Shown here in pieces: positions 50,598 to 59,525 of a stretch of DNA of 64,000 nucleotides. The DNA comes from Pseudomonadota bacterium (GTDB lineage Bacteria > Pseudomonadota > Gammaproteobacteria > Ectothiorhodospirales > Ectothiorhodospiraceae): positions 1,529 to 65,528 of the forward strand of contig JBNJFQ010000012.1 in NCBI GenBank assembly GCA_051747025.1, read 5' to 3'. Each line of letters starts with the position of its first letter. Position 1 is the stretch's first letter. A model generated the notes under the pieces. It did no database searches. It saw only the letters and a program-made list of their open reading frames with translations, and was not told the origin of the DNA. The translations under genes were made by a program, and so were the position numbers.

Positions 50598-51716
50598 ATG
50601 AGCCAGCTGCAGATCGAACCCTACCTCAAGCTGATGGCGCAGAAGTCCGCGTCGGATTTGTTCTTCGTGACCGGTGCGCCCGCCAGTATCAAGGTCGACG
50701 GGGTCCTCCAGCCGATCTCGCGCAAGGCCCTGGGTGTGGGTCAGGCCGAGTCGATCGCGCGCGAGTTGATGAGCGAGCACCAGGCCGAGATCTTCGAGCG
50801 CGAGACCGCGGTCAACTTCGGCCTGTCGCGCGAGGGGCTGGGGCGCTTCCGCGTGAATATCTACCGCCAGCGCGGCGAGGTCGCGATGGTGATCCGGTTC
50901 ATCCGGGTGGCGATCCCCACCATCGAGCAGCTGGGGTTGCCCGAGGTGCTGAAGGACTTCGTGCGCAAGCGCGACGGCCTGATCCTGATCGTCGGGGCCA
51001 CCGGCACCGGGAAGTCGACCACGCTGGCCTCGATGATCGACTACCGTAACTCCACCGAGAGTGGCCACATCCTGACCGTCGAGGATCCGATCGAATTCCT
51101 GTTTACCCACAAGCGCTCGATTGTCGGCCAGCGCGAGGTGGGCATCGATACCCCGAGCTATGATCATGCGCTGGAAGAAGGGATGCGCGAGGCCCCGGAC
51201 GTGATCATGATCGGGGAAGTGCGCTCGCGCGAGACCATGCGTGCGGCACTGAACTATGCCGATACGGGACACCTGGTGCTGACGACGCTGCATGCGACCA
51301 ACACTACCCAGGCGCTGGATCGTGTGATCAACCTGTTCCCCGAGGATCACCGCCCGCAGATCCTGTCGGACTTGTCACTGAACCTGCGCGCGATCGTCGC
51401 TCAGCGCCTGTTGCAGACCAAGGAAGGGTCCCGCGTTGCGGCGCTGGAGGTGATGGTCAACACCCCCTACGTGGCCGAACTGATACGAGAGGAGAAGGTT
51501 GGCGAGATCAAGGAAATCATGGCCAAGGGCGGTTCGGTGGGCATGCAGACCTTCGATCAGGCGATCGTGAAGCTGTTCAAGTCCGGCACGGTGATGCTGG
51601 ACGAGGCCCTGAACAAGGCGGATTCGCGCGCCGACCTCGAGTGGCGCCTGAACTTCGGCGGCGGGGTTGCGGCCGCCGAGGAGCGGGAAGAGGAACTCAA
51701 GCTGCCCGACTCGTAG
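50598..51716 (+). CDS. Third PilT/PilU-family ATPase (PilU-like paralog)
   Basis: Walker A GATGTGKST, and FRVNIYRQRG, TVEDPIEF and TGHLVLTTLHATN. It has no AIRNLIRE motif (YVAELIREEK instead). Confidence 0.85.
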   Translation: MSQLQIEPYLKLMAQKSASDLFFVTGAPASIKVDGVLQPISRKALGVGQAESIARELMSEHQAEIFERETAVNFGLSREGLGRFRVNIYRQRGEVAMVIRFIRVAIPTIEQLGLPEVLKDFVRKRDGLILIVGATGTGKSTTLASMIDYRNSTESGHILTVEDPIEFLFTHKRSIVGQREVGIDTPSYDHALEEGMREAPDVIMIGEVRSRETMRAALNYADTGHLVLTTLHATNTTQALDRVINLFPEDHRPQILSDLSLNLRAIVAQRLLQTKEGSRVAALEVMVNTPYVAELIREEKVGEIKEIMAKGGSVGMQTFDQAIVKLFKSGTVMLDEALNKADSRADLEWRLNFGGGVAAAEEREEELKLPDS

Positions 51717-51889
51717 ACCCCATGGGTCGCATCGCGATCCATGAAGTCCTCGGGAGCGGACAACATCTGCGCTAAAAAGAGCCTTTTGGCACAGATGGTT
51801 GCGATGAGATTCATATCAGGAGCCCGGCCCTGGACGGCGGCAACCGGTCTGTGTCGAGCTGCCAGGGGCGCGCATCGTGCGCGCAGGGC

Positions 51890-52801
51890 TCAGGCCGGTA
51901 CCGGCTCCGGGAACACGTCGCCGGCGGCAAACACCGGGCCGTCCACGCAGACCCGTTTCATCGCCACCCCGTTGGTGGTGCGCACGGGGATTGTGCAGCC
52001 AGCGCAGCCGCCCACTGCGCAGGCCATGTATTCCTCCAGCGAGACCTGACAGGGCAGTCCGAATTCTGCGGCCAGTTCGGCGCAGGCGGCGAGCATCGGG
52101 TGAGGGCCGCAGGCGAATAGTTCGACCTGTGCGCGTTCGTCGGCGTCCAGCGCGCTCAGCCAGTGCCGTGCCAGATCGGTGACAAACCCGTCGAATGTCC
52201 CGGGCAGACCGGCCTTCGAGGTCAGGCGGCAGGTGATCCCCCAGTCTTCCAGCAGCGGCAGGGTGGCGATTGCGCCATCCGGCAGACCGGGCCAGAGGAT
52301 CTCCGAGGGGCGCGGACGAAACGGGAACGGGACCTCGGAGCCAAGGATCGCACGGGTCTGCCCGGCCTCGCCCTGGCGGCGCAGCTGGTCGGCAAGGAAC
52401 ACCATCGGCGGGATGCCGACCCCGCCGCCCAGCAGCAGGCGCAGCGGGCGCTCGGGGTGCGCTTGGAACGGGTTTCCGATTGGCCCCAGGACGCTGAGTC
52501 CGGCTTCCACCGGCTGTTCCGACAGAGCTTGCGTCCCCTCCCCGACGATCTTGTAGAGGAACTCCACCCAGCCGGCCGTGGGATCGACGCGCTGGATCGA
52601 CAACGGGCGCCGCATCGACAGGCGCGGGGCGCATTGCAGATGCGCGAATTGCCCCGGCCGTGCATGCTGTGCGCATTGCGGCGCGTGGACCCGCAGGATC
52701 CACTGGCCGGCACCCGCGTCCTGGTGGGCGAGGATGCGCCCGGTCTCCTGGAAGATGGTCCCCCGGTGGGGAGGCGGGTCGGTGGCGGAGTCGGGGTTCA
52801 T
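51890..52801 (-). CDS. PyrK-like FAD/NAD-binding oxidoreductase with C-terminal 2Fe-2S site (dihydroorotate dehydrogenase electron-transfer subunit family)
   Basis: RRPLSIQRV (flavin RxxS), LLLGGGVGIPPM, CGPHPML and the C-terminal cluster CAVGGCAGC...C. ATGA overlap with the upstream pyrC'-like gene. Confidence 0.75.
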   Translation of the reverse strand: MNPDSATDPPPHRGTIFQETGRILAHQDAGAGQWILRVHAPQCAQHARPGQFAHLQCAPRLSMRRPLSIQRVDPTAGWVEFLYKIVGEGTQALSEQPVEAGLSVLGPIGNPFQAHPERPLRLLLGGGVGIPPMVFLADQLRRQGEAGQTRAILGSEVPFPFRPRPSEILWPGLPDGAIATLPLLEDWGITCRLTSKAGLPGTFDGFVTDLARHWLSALDADERAQVELFACGPHPMLAACAELAAEFGLPCQVSLEEYMACAVGGCAGCTIPVRTTNGVAMKRVCVDGPVFAAGDVFPEPVPA

Positions 52802-54090
52802 GCGCTCTCCTCGGAAGAACGGGTCCAGACCGGGCGACCGGCGACCCAGGTCGTCCGGACCTGCCCGCCAAAGGTCCAGCCAAAAAACGGGGTGTTGCGG
52901 CCGGTGCTCAGCCAGTCGTCCGGGCCGATCTCGTCGATTGCGTGCGGATCGTACAGGACGAAATCGGCCGGTGCGCCGGGGACGAGGCGGCCCTGGTCGA
53001 GGCCCAGGATATCGGCCGGACCGGTGGTGACGCGCGCCAGGGCCTCGTGCAGGTCCAGCAGGCCGTCTTCCGCCAGGCGCAGGGTCAGCGGCAGCAGGGT
53101 CTCCAGCGCGGATATGCCCGGGCGGGTACTGGCGAACGGTCCGAGCTTGCTGTCGGGCTCGTGCGGCTGGTGATCCGAGCAGATCGCGCTGATCTCGCCG
53201 CGCGCCAGGGCGGCGCGCAGGCCGTCGCGGTCGCGCTGCCCGCGCAGTGGCGGGATGACGTGGCAGTGGGGGTTGTACTCGGCGACGTCCACCTCGGTCA
53301 GGAACAGCTGGTGCGCGGCGACATCCGCGCTGACCGGAAGCCCCTCGGCACGCGCCTTGGCGATCATCTCGGCCCCGCGTTGCGATGACAGTCGGGCGAC
53401 GTGGACGCGCGCGCCGGTCTGTTCGACCAGGGCCAGGATGGCCCCGAGGGCGGCGGTCTCCGCGGCCTCGGGGATGCCAGATAGGCCCAGCCGGGTGCTG
53501 ACCGGGCCCTCGTGCATGCAGCCGGAACCGGTGAGCGAGGCGTCCTGGGCGGACAGGACGATGGTCAGCCCGAAGGTAGTGGCATATTCCATGGCGCGCC
53601 GCAGTACCAGCAGGCTGGCCACCGGGCGCTGGGCGTTACTGACCCCACGGGCACCGGCACGCAGCAGCGCGGCCATCTCGGCCAGTTGCTGGCCCTGGAG
53701 TTGATGGGTCAGTGCCCCGAGCACATATACCCGGATTCCGCAGGCCTGGCGGGCACGCCCGCTGATCAACTCGATCTCCGCCGGGGAGTCGATCGGGGGG
53801 TCGGTGTCCGGTGGGATCAATACGCTGGAGATCCCGCCGCGGGCGGCGGCGAGGGTCTCGCTGGCGATGGTCGCCTTGTGCTCCTCGCCTGGTTCGCGCA
53901 TGCGTGCGGCCAGGTCCACCAGCCCCGGGAATACCCACAGGTCAGTACCGTCGATCCGCCGGCGGGGTTCGAAACCATCCGGGATGGCCCCGCGCGCGAG
54001 GATCTCGCTGCCCTGTACGCACAGGGCACCGATGGTATCGAACCCGTCGGATGGGTCGATGATCCGGACGTTCTCGATCAGCACGCTCAC
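52798..54090 (-). CDS. Dihydroorotase-like protein, probably non-catalytic (PyrC'-type ATCase partner)
   Basis: Amidohydrolase fold, but the HxH zinc motif position reads [11 protein letters not shown] versus the canonical DxHVHxREPG, so both His residues are replaced. It overlaps the pyrB stop by 4 nt. Confidence 0.85.
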   Translation of the reverse strand: MSVLIENVRIIDPSDGFDTIGALCVQGSEILARGAIPDGFEPRRRIDGTDLWVFPGLVDLAARMREPGEEHKATIASETLAAARGGISSVLIPPDTDPPIDSPAEIELISGRARQACGIRVYVLGALTHQLQGQQLAEMAALLRAGARGVSNAQRPVASLLVLRRAMEYATTFGLTIVLSAQDASLTGSGCMHEGPVSTRLGLSGIPEAAETAALGAILALVEQTGARVHVARLSSQRGAEMIAKARAEGLPVSADVAAHQLFLTEVDVAEYNPHCHVIPPLRGQRDRDGLRAALARGEISAICSDHQPHEPDSKLGPFASTRPGISALETLLPLTLRLAEDGLLDLHEALARVTTGPADILGLDQGRLVPGAPADFVLYDPHAIDEIGPDDWLSTGRNTPFFGWTFGGQVRTTWVAGRPVWTRSSEESA

Positions 54091-55109
54091 GCCTGGTGTG
54101 CTCCCATCACCATCGACATAACCGCCATGCGTACCGAGATGCCGTAGGTCACCTGCTCCAGGATCACCGAGTGCGGGCCGTCGGCCACGGCGGACTCGAT
54201 TTCGACCCCGCGGTTCGCCGGGCCGGGGTGCATGACCACGCAGGTCGGGTGTGCCAGTTGCAGGCGCCGCGAGGTCAGGCCGAACAGCTGGTAGTACTCG
54301 TGTTCGGAGGGCAGATGGGCATGTTCCATGCGTTCGCTTTGCAGGCGCAGCATGATGATGACGTCGACGTCCTTCAGTCCGGCGTCGAGGTCGTTATACA
54401 CCTGCACTCCGAGTTGCTCGACGTCTGCCGGCAGCAGCGAGCAGGGCGCAACCACGCGGACCTCCCCAGTCTGCAGGATATTCAGCGCGTGGATCTGCGA
54501 GCGTGCGACCCGCGAATGCAGGATGTCGCCGACGATCGCGACCTTCAGCTTGGTGAAGTCGCCTTTGTGGCGACGGATCGTGAACATGTCCAGCAGCGCC
54601 TGGGTCGGGTGCGCATGCCGCCCGTCACCAGCGTTCAGGACGCTGATTCCGGGGGCTACGTGGCGGGCGATAAAGTGTGCGGTCCCGCTTTCCGCATGCC
54701 GCACCACGAACATGTCGACATGCATTGCCTCGAGGTTGCGCAGGGTGTCCAGCAGGCTCTCGCCTTTGGTCGCCGAGGAGGTGTCGATATTGATGTTGAG
54801 CACGTCCGCCGACAGGCGCTTGGCCGCGAGTTCGAAAGTCGTGCGGGTGCGGGTGCTGGCCTCGAAGAACAGATTGACAATGGTCTTGCCGCGCAGCAGG
54901 GGGACCTTCTTGACCGCTTTTTCGTTCATGTTGGCGAACGACTCGGCGGTATCCAGGATCTCGGTCAGCAGATCCCGATGGAGCCCCTCGATGGTCAGCA
55001 TGTGGCGCAACTGGCCATCATCGGTCAGCTGCAGCCGATGCGGCAGCGGGCCGGGCTCGGGCAGGCGGCCCGCGGTCAGGGGCGCTGCGGGGGCGCTGGT
55101 TTCGTTCAT
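54087..55109 (-). CDS. pyrB: Aspartate carbamoyltransferase catalytic chain
   Basis: [21 protein letters not shown] and [11 protein letters not shown]. Confidence 0.95.
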   Translation of the reverse strand: MNETSAPAAPLTAGRLPEPGPLPHRLQLTDDGQLRHMLTIEGLHRDLLTEILDTAESFANMNEKAVKKVPLLRGKTIVNLFFEASTRTRTTFELAAKRLSADVLNINIDTSSATKGESLLDTLRNLEAMHVDMFVVRHAESGTAHFIARHVAPGISVLNAGDGRHAHPTQALLDMFTIRRHKGDFTKLKVAIVGDILHSRVARSQIHALNILQTGEVRVVAPCSLLPADVEQLGVQVYNDLDAGLKDVDVIIMLRLQSERMEHAHLPSEHEYYQLFGLTSRRLQLAHPTCVVMHPGPANRGVEIESAVADGPHSVILEQVTYGISVRMAVMSMVMGAHQA

Positions 55110-55627
55110 GTATCCGGGTCGTCCTCGGGTTCGACCGTGGCGCGCACCAGATGCAGGGGGTCGGGGCCGCGCAGCTTGATCTGCTCGCCCTGGCCGAGCT
55201 CCATGTGTGCCCCGACGATTGCTGCCTCGATCGGCAGTTCGCGCCCGTCCCGCTCGACCAGTACGGCCAGGGTGACCGAGGACGGTCGGCCGTAGTCGAA
55301 CAGTTCATTGAGCGCGGCGCGGATGGTGCGGCCGGTGTACAGCACATCATCGACCAGCAGGATGTGCTCGCCGTCCAGGTCCTCCGGCAGTTCGGAGGGC
55401 CGGACCTGCGGGTGCATGCCGATCCGCGAGAAATCGTCGCGGTAGAAGCTGATGTCCAGCCGGCCCAGCGGGCGCTGGACCCCGAGGCGTTCGCGCAGAT
55501 GCTCGGCGATCCAGACCCCGCCGGAATGGATGCCGACCACGATGGGCGACTCGATACCGTGGGTGGCCAGGTAATGGTGGGCCTGTTCGGTCATTTCGTC
55601 GAGCAGGGTCGGGACGTCAGGCGTCAT
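55106..55627 (-). CDS. pyrR: PyrR (pyrimidine operon regulator / uracil phosphoribosyltransferase)
   Basis: The PRPP loop [17 protein letters not shown] and [12 protein letters not shown]. The start is set at ATG 55627 ([10 protein letters not shown]). Confidence 0.9.
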   Translation of the reverse strand: MTPDVPTLLDEMTEQAHHYLATHGIESPIVVGIHSGGVWIAEHLRERLGVQRPLGRLDISFYRDDFSRIGMHPQVRPSELPEDLDGEHILLVDDVLYTGRTIRAALNELFDYGRPSSVTLAVLVERDGRELPIEAAIVGAHMELGQGEQIKLRGPDPLHLVRATVEPEDDPDT

Positions 55628-56018
55628 GTGCGTTCTCCAGAAACCATCCCTCGAGGATGACCGCGGCGGCATGCGCATCCAGCCCCGGGTCGTTGCGTCC
55701 CGGCCGGCTGCGCTCGCGGGCCAGGTGTGATGTCAGGTGCTCGTCTGTCCAGTATACCGGGAGTTCGTAGCGCGCTTCGAGCGCACGCGCGAACGCGCGG
55801 ATGCGTTTCGCCAGCGGGGTGGGTCGACCGTCCGCCTGGGTTGGCCAGCCCACCACGAAGCCGGATGGGCGCCATTCCTGTACCAGCGTATCGACGGACG
55901 ACCAGAGCTCCGCCCCCCGGGCCGGCAGGGTGCGCAGTCCGCGTGCGGACCCGGCCAGGGGCTCCCCGACGGCCACGCCGATCCGGCGTTGCCCGACGTC
56001 GAATGCCAGCAGCCCCAC
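55617..56018 (-). CDS. ruvX: Holliday-junction resolvase-like nuclease RuvX (YqgF)
   Basis: LLAFDVGQRRIGVAVG, and DERLTS-like (DEHLTS). Confidence 0.92.
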   Translation of the reverse strand: MGLLAFDVGQRRIGVAVGEPLAGSARGLRTLPARGAELWSSVDTLVQEWRPSGFVVGWPTQADGRPTPLAKRIRAFARALEARYELPVYWTDEHLTSHLARERSRPGRNDPGLDAHAAAVILEGWFLENAHDA

Positions 56019-56021
56019 CTT

Positions 56022-56600
56022 TCAGGCGTGGCCCGAGGCCGAACTGATCAGGTTGACGTCGATCCCGATGAGTTCGGCGGCGGCGTTCCAGCGCTCCGCG
56101 GACGGGCGATCGAACAGGATATCCGGGGCGGCGCGGGCGGTGAGCCAGGCGTTTTCGGCAAGCTCGCTTTCCAGCTGCCCGGGCCCCCAGCCGGCGTGGC
56201 CCAGCGCTACCAGTACGCGTCGCGGACCGTGCCCCTCGTTGATCGCTTCGAGGACGTCGCGCGATGTGCTCAGTACGATCGCGTCGGTAATCGGCTGGCT
56301 GCCGCGCCAGGTCTGCTCGGCGGAGTGCAGAACGAAGCCGTGCTCCGGCTGTACCGGGCCGCCCCGGTATACCGGTAGTTCCGGGAGGTGGTCGGCGGGC
56401 TCCAGTTCCACGTGCTGCAGCAGGTCGCGCAGCGAGAGTTCGGTCGGCTGATTGATAACCAGCCCCAGCGCGCCCTCCTGATCATGCTCGCAGATATAGG
56501 TGACGGCATGGCTGAAGTAGCCGTCATTGAGGCTCGGCATCGCGATCAGGAAGTGATCGCGGAGGCTGCTGGCCGAGGAGCTGGAGGTGGTATCCGCCAT
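56022..56600 (-). CDS. yqgE: YqgE/AlgH family protein
   Basis: FLIAMPSLNDGYFSHAVTYICEHDQEGALGLVINQP. Confidence 0.92.
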   Translation of the reverse strand: MADTTSSSSASSLRDHFLIAMPSLNDGYFSHAVTYICEHDQEGALGLVINQPTELSLRDLLQHVELEPADHLPELPVYRGGPVQPEHGFVLHSAEQTWRGSQPITDAIVLSTSRDVLEAINEGHGPRRVLVALGHAGWGPGQLESELAENAWLTARAAPDILFDRPSAERWNAAAELIGIDVNLISSASGHA

Positions 56601-56654
56601 GTGCCCAGTATCGATGCTGGTCCCGGTCGCCGCAAGGAACCGGTGCCCCCCCGT

Positions 56655-57572
56655 TCAGCGGATCTGTTCGACGCGGTCGCGACGGAACGCCCAGGTGCGG
56701 GTGATGACCAGTTCGTCGTATTCCTCGCGCATCGCCCCGGTGAACGGTGCGTAGGGGGCGGCCAGTTCGACGATCCGGATCGCCGCCTGGTCCAGTACCG
56801 GTTCACCGGAGCTGCGCGCGACCTCGATATTCAGCAGTTCGCCCTCCGGGTTCAGGCGGACCGACAGCACCAGGGTTCCGGACAGACCGCGTCGGCGTGC
56901 CTCGTCGGGGTAATTCAGGTTCCCCAACCGCTCGACCTTGTTGATCCAGGCCTGCAAATAGGCCGCCTCGGGCGCGCTGCGTGCAGCCAGGCTGTCGAGG
57001 TAGCGGGTACGGGTTGCCCGGGCGGAGAATGTCTGGCGCTCCGGGGCCTCGGCTGCGCGTGCCGTTTCCAGGCCACGATTCATCAGGGTGGCAGCGGTCG
57101 GGCGCTGCTCGGCCCGGGGGGCTTCCAGTGGTTCCGGTTCCGGCTCTGGTTCGGGCGCGGCGTCCGGGGCTTCGGCCTCGGCGGTAAGGGTCTCGGCTTC
57201 GGGTTCCGGCCGGGGCGGGGCCGGGTCCATGACCAGCGGCCCGGGGTCCGGGAGCGGGAGGTCCGCGCCTTCCGGCTCGGGGTCGCCAGTGCCGGTGTCG
57301 GCGGCCTCGGGCGCCAGGGCCTCGCGGACTTCTTCGCCTGCTCCGCTCGCGGACTGGTCCCGGGTGGCGATGCGCTCGACCTCGTCAGGCTCCGGTGGCG
57401 GGGCCTCGGGATCGGCCACCCAGGTGATGTCCAGCGGTTCGCGGGAAGCGGGGGGTTGCGGGTCCACGGTGAAGCCGACCCCGAGGATCAGCAGCGCATG
57501 CGCGATCAGGGCCAGCAACAGCATGGGCCCGAGATGATCGTGGCGAAGTTCTTCAGGCTGGCCGGTGGACAT
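56655..57572 (-). CDS. tonB: Energy transducer TonB
   Basis: N-terminal TM segment (LLLALIAHALLILGV), a Pro/Glu-rich spacer (PEPEPEPEP), and the C-terminal domain YPDEARRRGLSGTLVLSVRLNPEGELLNIEVARSSG. Confidence 0.9.
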   Translation of the reverse strand: MSTGQPEELRHDHLGPMLLLALIAHALLILGVGFTVDPQPPASREPLDITWVADPEAPPPEPDEVERIATRDQSASGAGEEVREALAPEAADTGTGDPEPEGADLPLPDPGPLVMDPAPPRPEPEAETLTAEAEAPDAAPEPEPEPEPLEAPRAEQRPTAATLMNRGLETARAAEAPERQTFSARATRTRYLDSLAARSAPEAAYLQAWINKVERLGNLNYPDEARRRGLSGTLVLSVRLNPEGELLNIEVARSSGEPVLDQAAIRIVELAAPYAPFTGAMREEYDELVITRTWAFRRDRVEQIR

Positions 57573-58089
57573 GGCGTTGGACTCGGGGGTCGGCGAGCAC
57601 TCGGGTGGTCAGTATACCGGTGATACTGCCGGTGATCAGGGCCGCCAGCAGCAGGGGCGGTAGCACCAGCGGCAGGTTCGGGTGCGGGATGATGACCGTC
57701 CAGGCCAGCAGGAACTGGCCACCGACATGCCCGAGTGCCGATGCGATCGCCAACCCGACCGGTCCGACATGGCGGGGCACCAGAGGGACGATTGTTCCGA
57801 GCACCAGCAGCGCGGTCAGCGCCCCGGCCAGGGACAGCCAGAAAGCCGGGCCGAGCAGGGTGCCCAGCAGCAGCCCGGAACCGACCACCCGCAGCAGGGT
57901 CACCGCGACGGCAGCGCGCCAGCCGAGCGCGAGCAGGGCGACCAGGGTCACAATATTGGCCAGGCCCGGTTTGATGCCCGGCACCGGACTGGGAATGGCG
58001 GCCTCCAGGACCTGCAGGCCGATGGCGATCGCGGCGAGCCCGGCGATCATCCGGTCGCGACGCGTGACACTGGGGGCGGCAGAGGGCAT
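57553..58089 (-). CDS. Gx transporter family membrane protein (Hpre_diP_synt_I-like)
   Basis: Five hydrophobic helices. The N-terminal IAIGLQVLEAAIPSPVPGIKPGLANIVTL pattern is what I associate with this family. Family call from memory. Confidence 0.6.
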   Translation of the reverse strand: MPSAAPSVTRRDRMIAGLAAIAIGLQVLEAAIPSPVPGIKPGLANIVTLVALLALGWRAAVAVTLLRVVGSGLLLGTLLGPAFWLSLAGALTALLVLGTIVPLVPRHVGPVGLAIASALGHVGGQFLLAWTVIIPHPNLPLVLPPLLLAALITGSITGILTTRVLADPRVQRHVHRPA

Positions 58090-58464
58090 TCAGTAGTGGA
58101 TACTGTCGTATCCGCCTGCCCCTCCGTGCACCCGCAGCGTCAGGCGGTTGGGCAAGCTTACTGCAATGTCACCGTCGCGCTCCAGCCAGCCGCTCGCCTC
58201 GCAGATGTCCTGGTGCCCGGGGGAGTCGGCACAGCGCGCACGTCCTGGTTCGATGGCCACCCGGGTCATTCCGGCCGGGCCCTCGAACGTCACCTCGCGC
58301 ACGCGATCAAGGGGCTCGTGGCGCGGCGGTTCGCCGGCCCGGGTGACGACCAGCATGCGCGCCGGCTGGTCCGGGGTGTAGGCCAGGGCAAAGCTGGCGG
58401 CCACCACGACGCTGGCCACGCCGGCGATCGCGAGGTCACCCCAGCGCAGTGAGAGGGCATTCAC
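58090..58464 (-). CDS. NusG domain II-containing (DUF1312-like) small membrane-anchored protein
   Basis: GTG start at 58464 (GTGA overlap with the apbE stop). N-terminal TM segment, then ...VAIEPGRARCADSPGHQDICEASGWLERDGDIAVSLPNRLTLRV, which carries a C-x(n)-C-type motif like the one I recall in DUF1312/NusG_II proteins. Family call from memory. Confidence 0.55.
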   Translation of the reverse strand: MNALSLRWGDLAIAGVASVVVAASFALAYTPDQPARMLVVTRAGEPPRHEPLDRVREVTFEGPAGMTRVAIEPGRARCADSPGHQDICEASGWLERDGDIAVSLPNRLTLRVHGGAGGYDSIHY

Positions 58465-59522
58465 GGCAGCTCGCGGACCTCGACGGGGTCCAGGTCGTCG
58501 CGCGTCCACAAGCGCTCGGCCATTGCCGGGGTGGCCTCGATGCGATCGTCCAGTACCACCAGTGCCTGGTCGACCCCCATGCGGCGGGCGTACTCCGGCC
58601 AGGCCTCGGGCCCGGCAATCATCAGCGTGGTGCTGGCGGCATCCGCCAGCGCGGGATCGGCATGGAGCACAGTGGCCGCATGAACCCCCTGGCTGGGGCG
58701 GCCGGTGCGTGGATCGATCACATGGTGGATGCGCTGGCCTTCCCATTCGTAGCCGCGCTCGTAGTCGCCGGAGGTGAACAGTGCCTCGCCCGGGCCGAGT
58801 TCGACCCCGCCGAGCAAGCCGCCGCGCGGATCGCGAACCCCCACCCGCCACGGGCGGGGGGCCGGACGTCCCAGCGTCATGAGGTCGCCGCCGGCATTGA
58901 AGATGGCGGCCTCCACCCCGAGTTCGTCCAGCAGTTCGAGGATGCGCGCCACCGCGAGGCCCTTGGCCAGGCCGCCGAAGTCGAGTTGCAGGTCGGGGTG
59001 GGTGCCGCGCAGGCGCACGCCGTCACGCTCGATGTCGCGCATGTCGGGCGGGTCGTCCAGCAGGGATTCCAGGGTCTCCGGGTCCGGCGGCGGGCCGGCC
59101 GGTTCGTCCTGGTGGAAGCCCCAGGCGGCGATCAGCCGGCCCAGTGCAGGATTGAACAGACCGTCACTGAGCGCCTCCATTTCTCGGCCTCGTTCGATTA
59201 GCGGCAGTACCGACGGCGGTGCACTGAACTCACCCTGCAGGGCCAGCAGTTGGTTGGTGCGTCCGAGCGAGCCCGGCTCCCACGCATGCCACGAGCGATG
59301 CAGAACTTCCAGTTCCTCCTGCAATTGCGCCTCGATCCCGGCGAGATCGTATTCCCCTGAGGGATACAGCGTGACCTCGACCAGGGTGCCGAAGGCGTGG
59401 AAGGTCAGTTGTTCGGTCTCCGGGGCGCGTTCGCAGCCGGACAGCAGCCACGCTGCCAGGAGCAGCAGGCCGGTCAGCCAGGGGGGGCGGGACAAGTGCG
59501 GGCGGTTTCTTGCGATGGACAT
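58461..59522 (-). CDS. apbE: FAD:protein FMN transferase ApbE (lipoprotein)
   Basis: Lipobox LLSGC. FHAFGTLVEV, DFGGLAKG, GGDL and HHVIDPRTGRP. Confidence 0.9.
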   Translation of the reverse strand: MSIARNRPHLSRPPWLTGLLLLAAWLLSGCERAPETEQLTFHAFGTLVEVTLYPSGEYDLAGIEAQLQEELEVLHRSWHAWEPGSLGRTNQLLALQGEFSAPPSVLPLIERGREMEALSDGLFNPALGRLIAAWGFHQDEPAGPPPDPETLESLLDDPPDMRDIERDGVRLRGTHPDLQLDFGGLAKGLAVARILELLDELGVEAAIFNAGGDLMTLGRPAPRPWRVGVRDPRGGLLGGVELGPGEALFTSGDYERGYEWEGQRIHHVIDPRTGRPSQGVHAATVLHADPALADAASTTLMIAGPEAWPEYARRMGVDQALVVLDDRIEATPAMAERLWTRDDLDPVEVRELP

Positions 59523-59525
59523 GGT

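Noticed and set aside
55628-55700. Search for a Bacillus-type PyrR-binding anti-antiterminator RNA (UCCAGAGAGG core) upstream of pyrR/pyrB.
   Set aside because: No match was found, and the pyr genes overlap one another with no leader space. This is consistent with pseudomonad-type PyrR not acting by attenuation here.
57090-57440. Short-period repetitive DNA (GAGCC/GGTTC-type periodicity) that might suggest a tandem repeat or CRISPR-like array.
   Set aside because: It is the Pro/Glu-rich (PEPEPEPEP) spacer of TonB read on the opposite strand. There are no direct repeats with unique spacers anywhere in the window.
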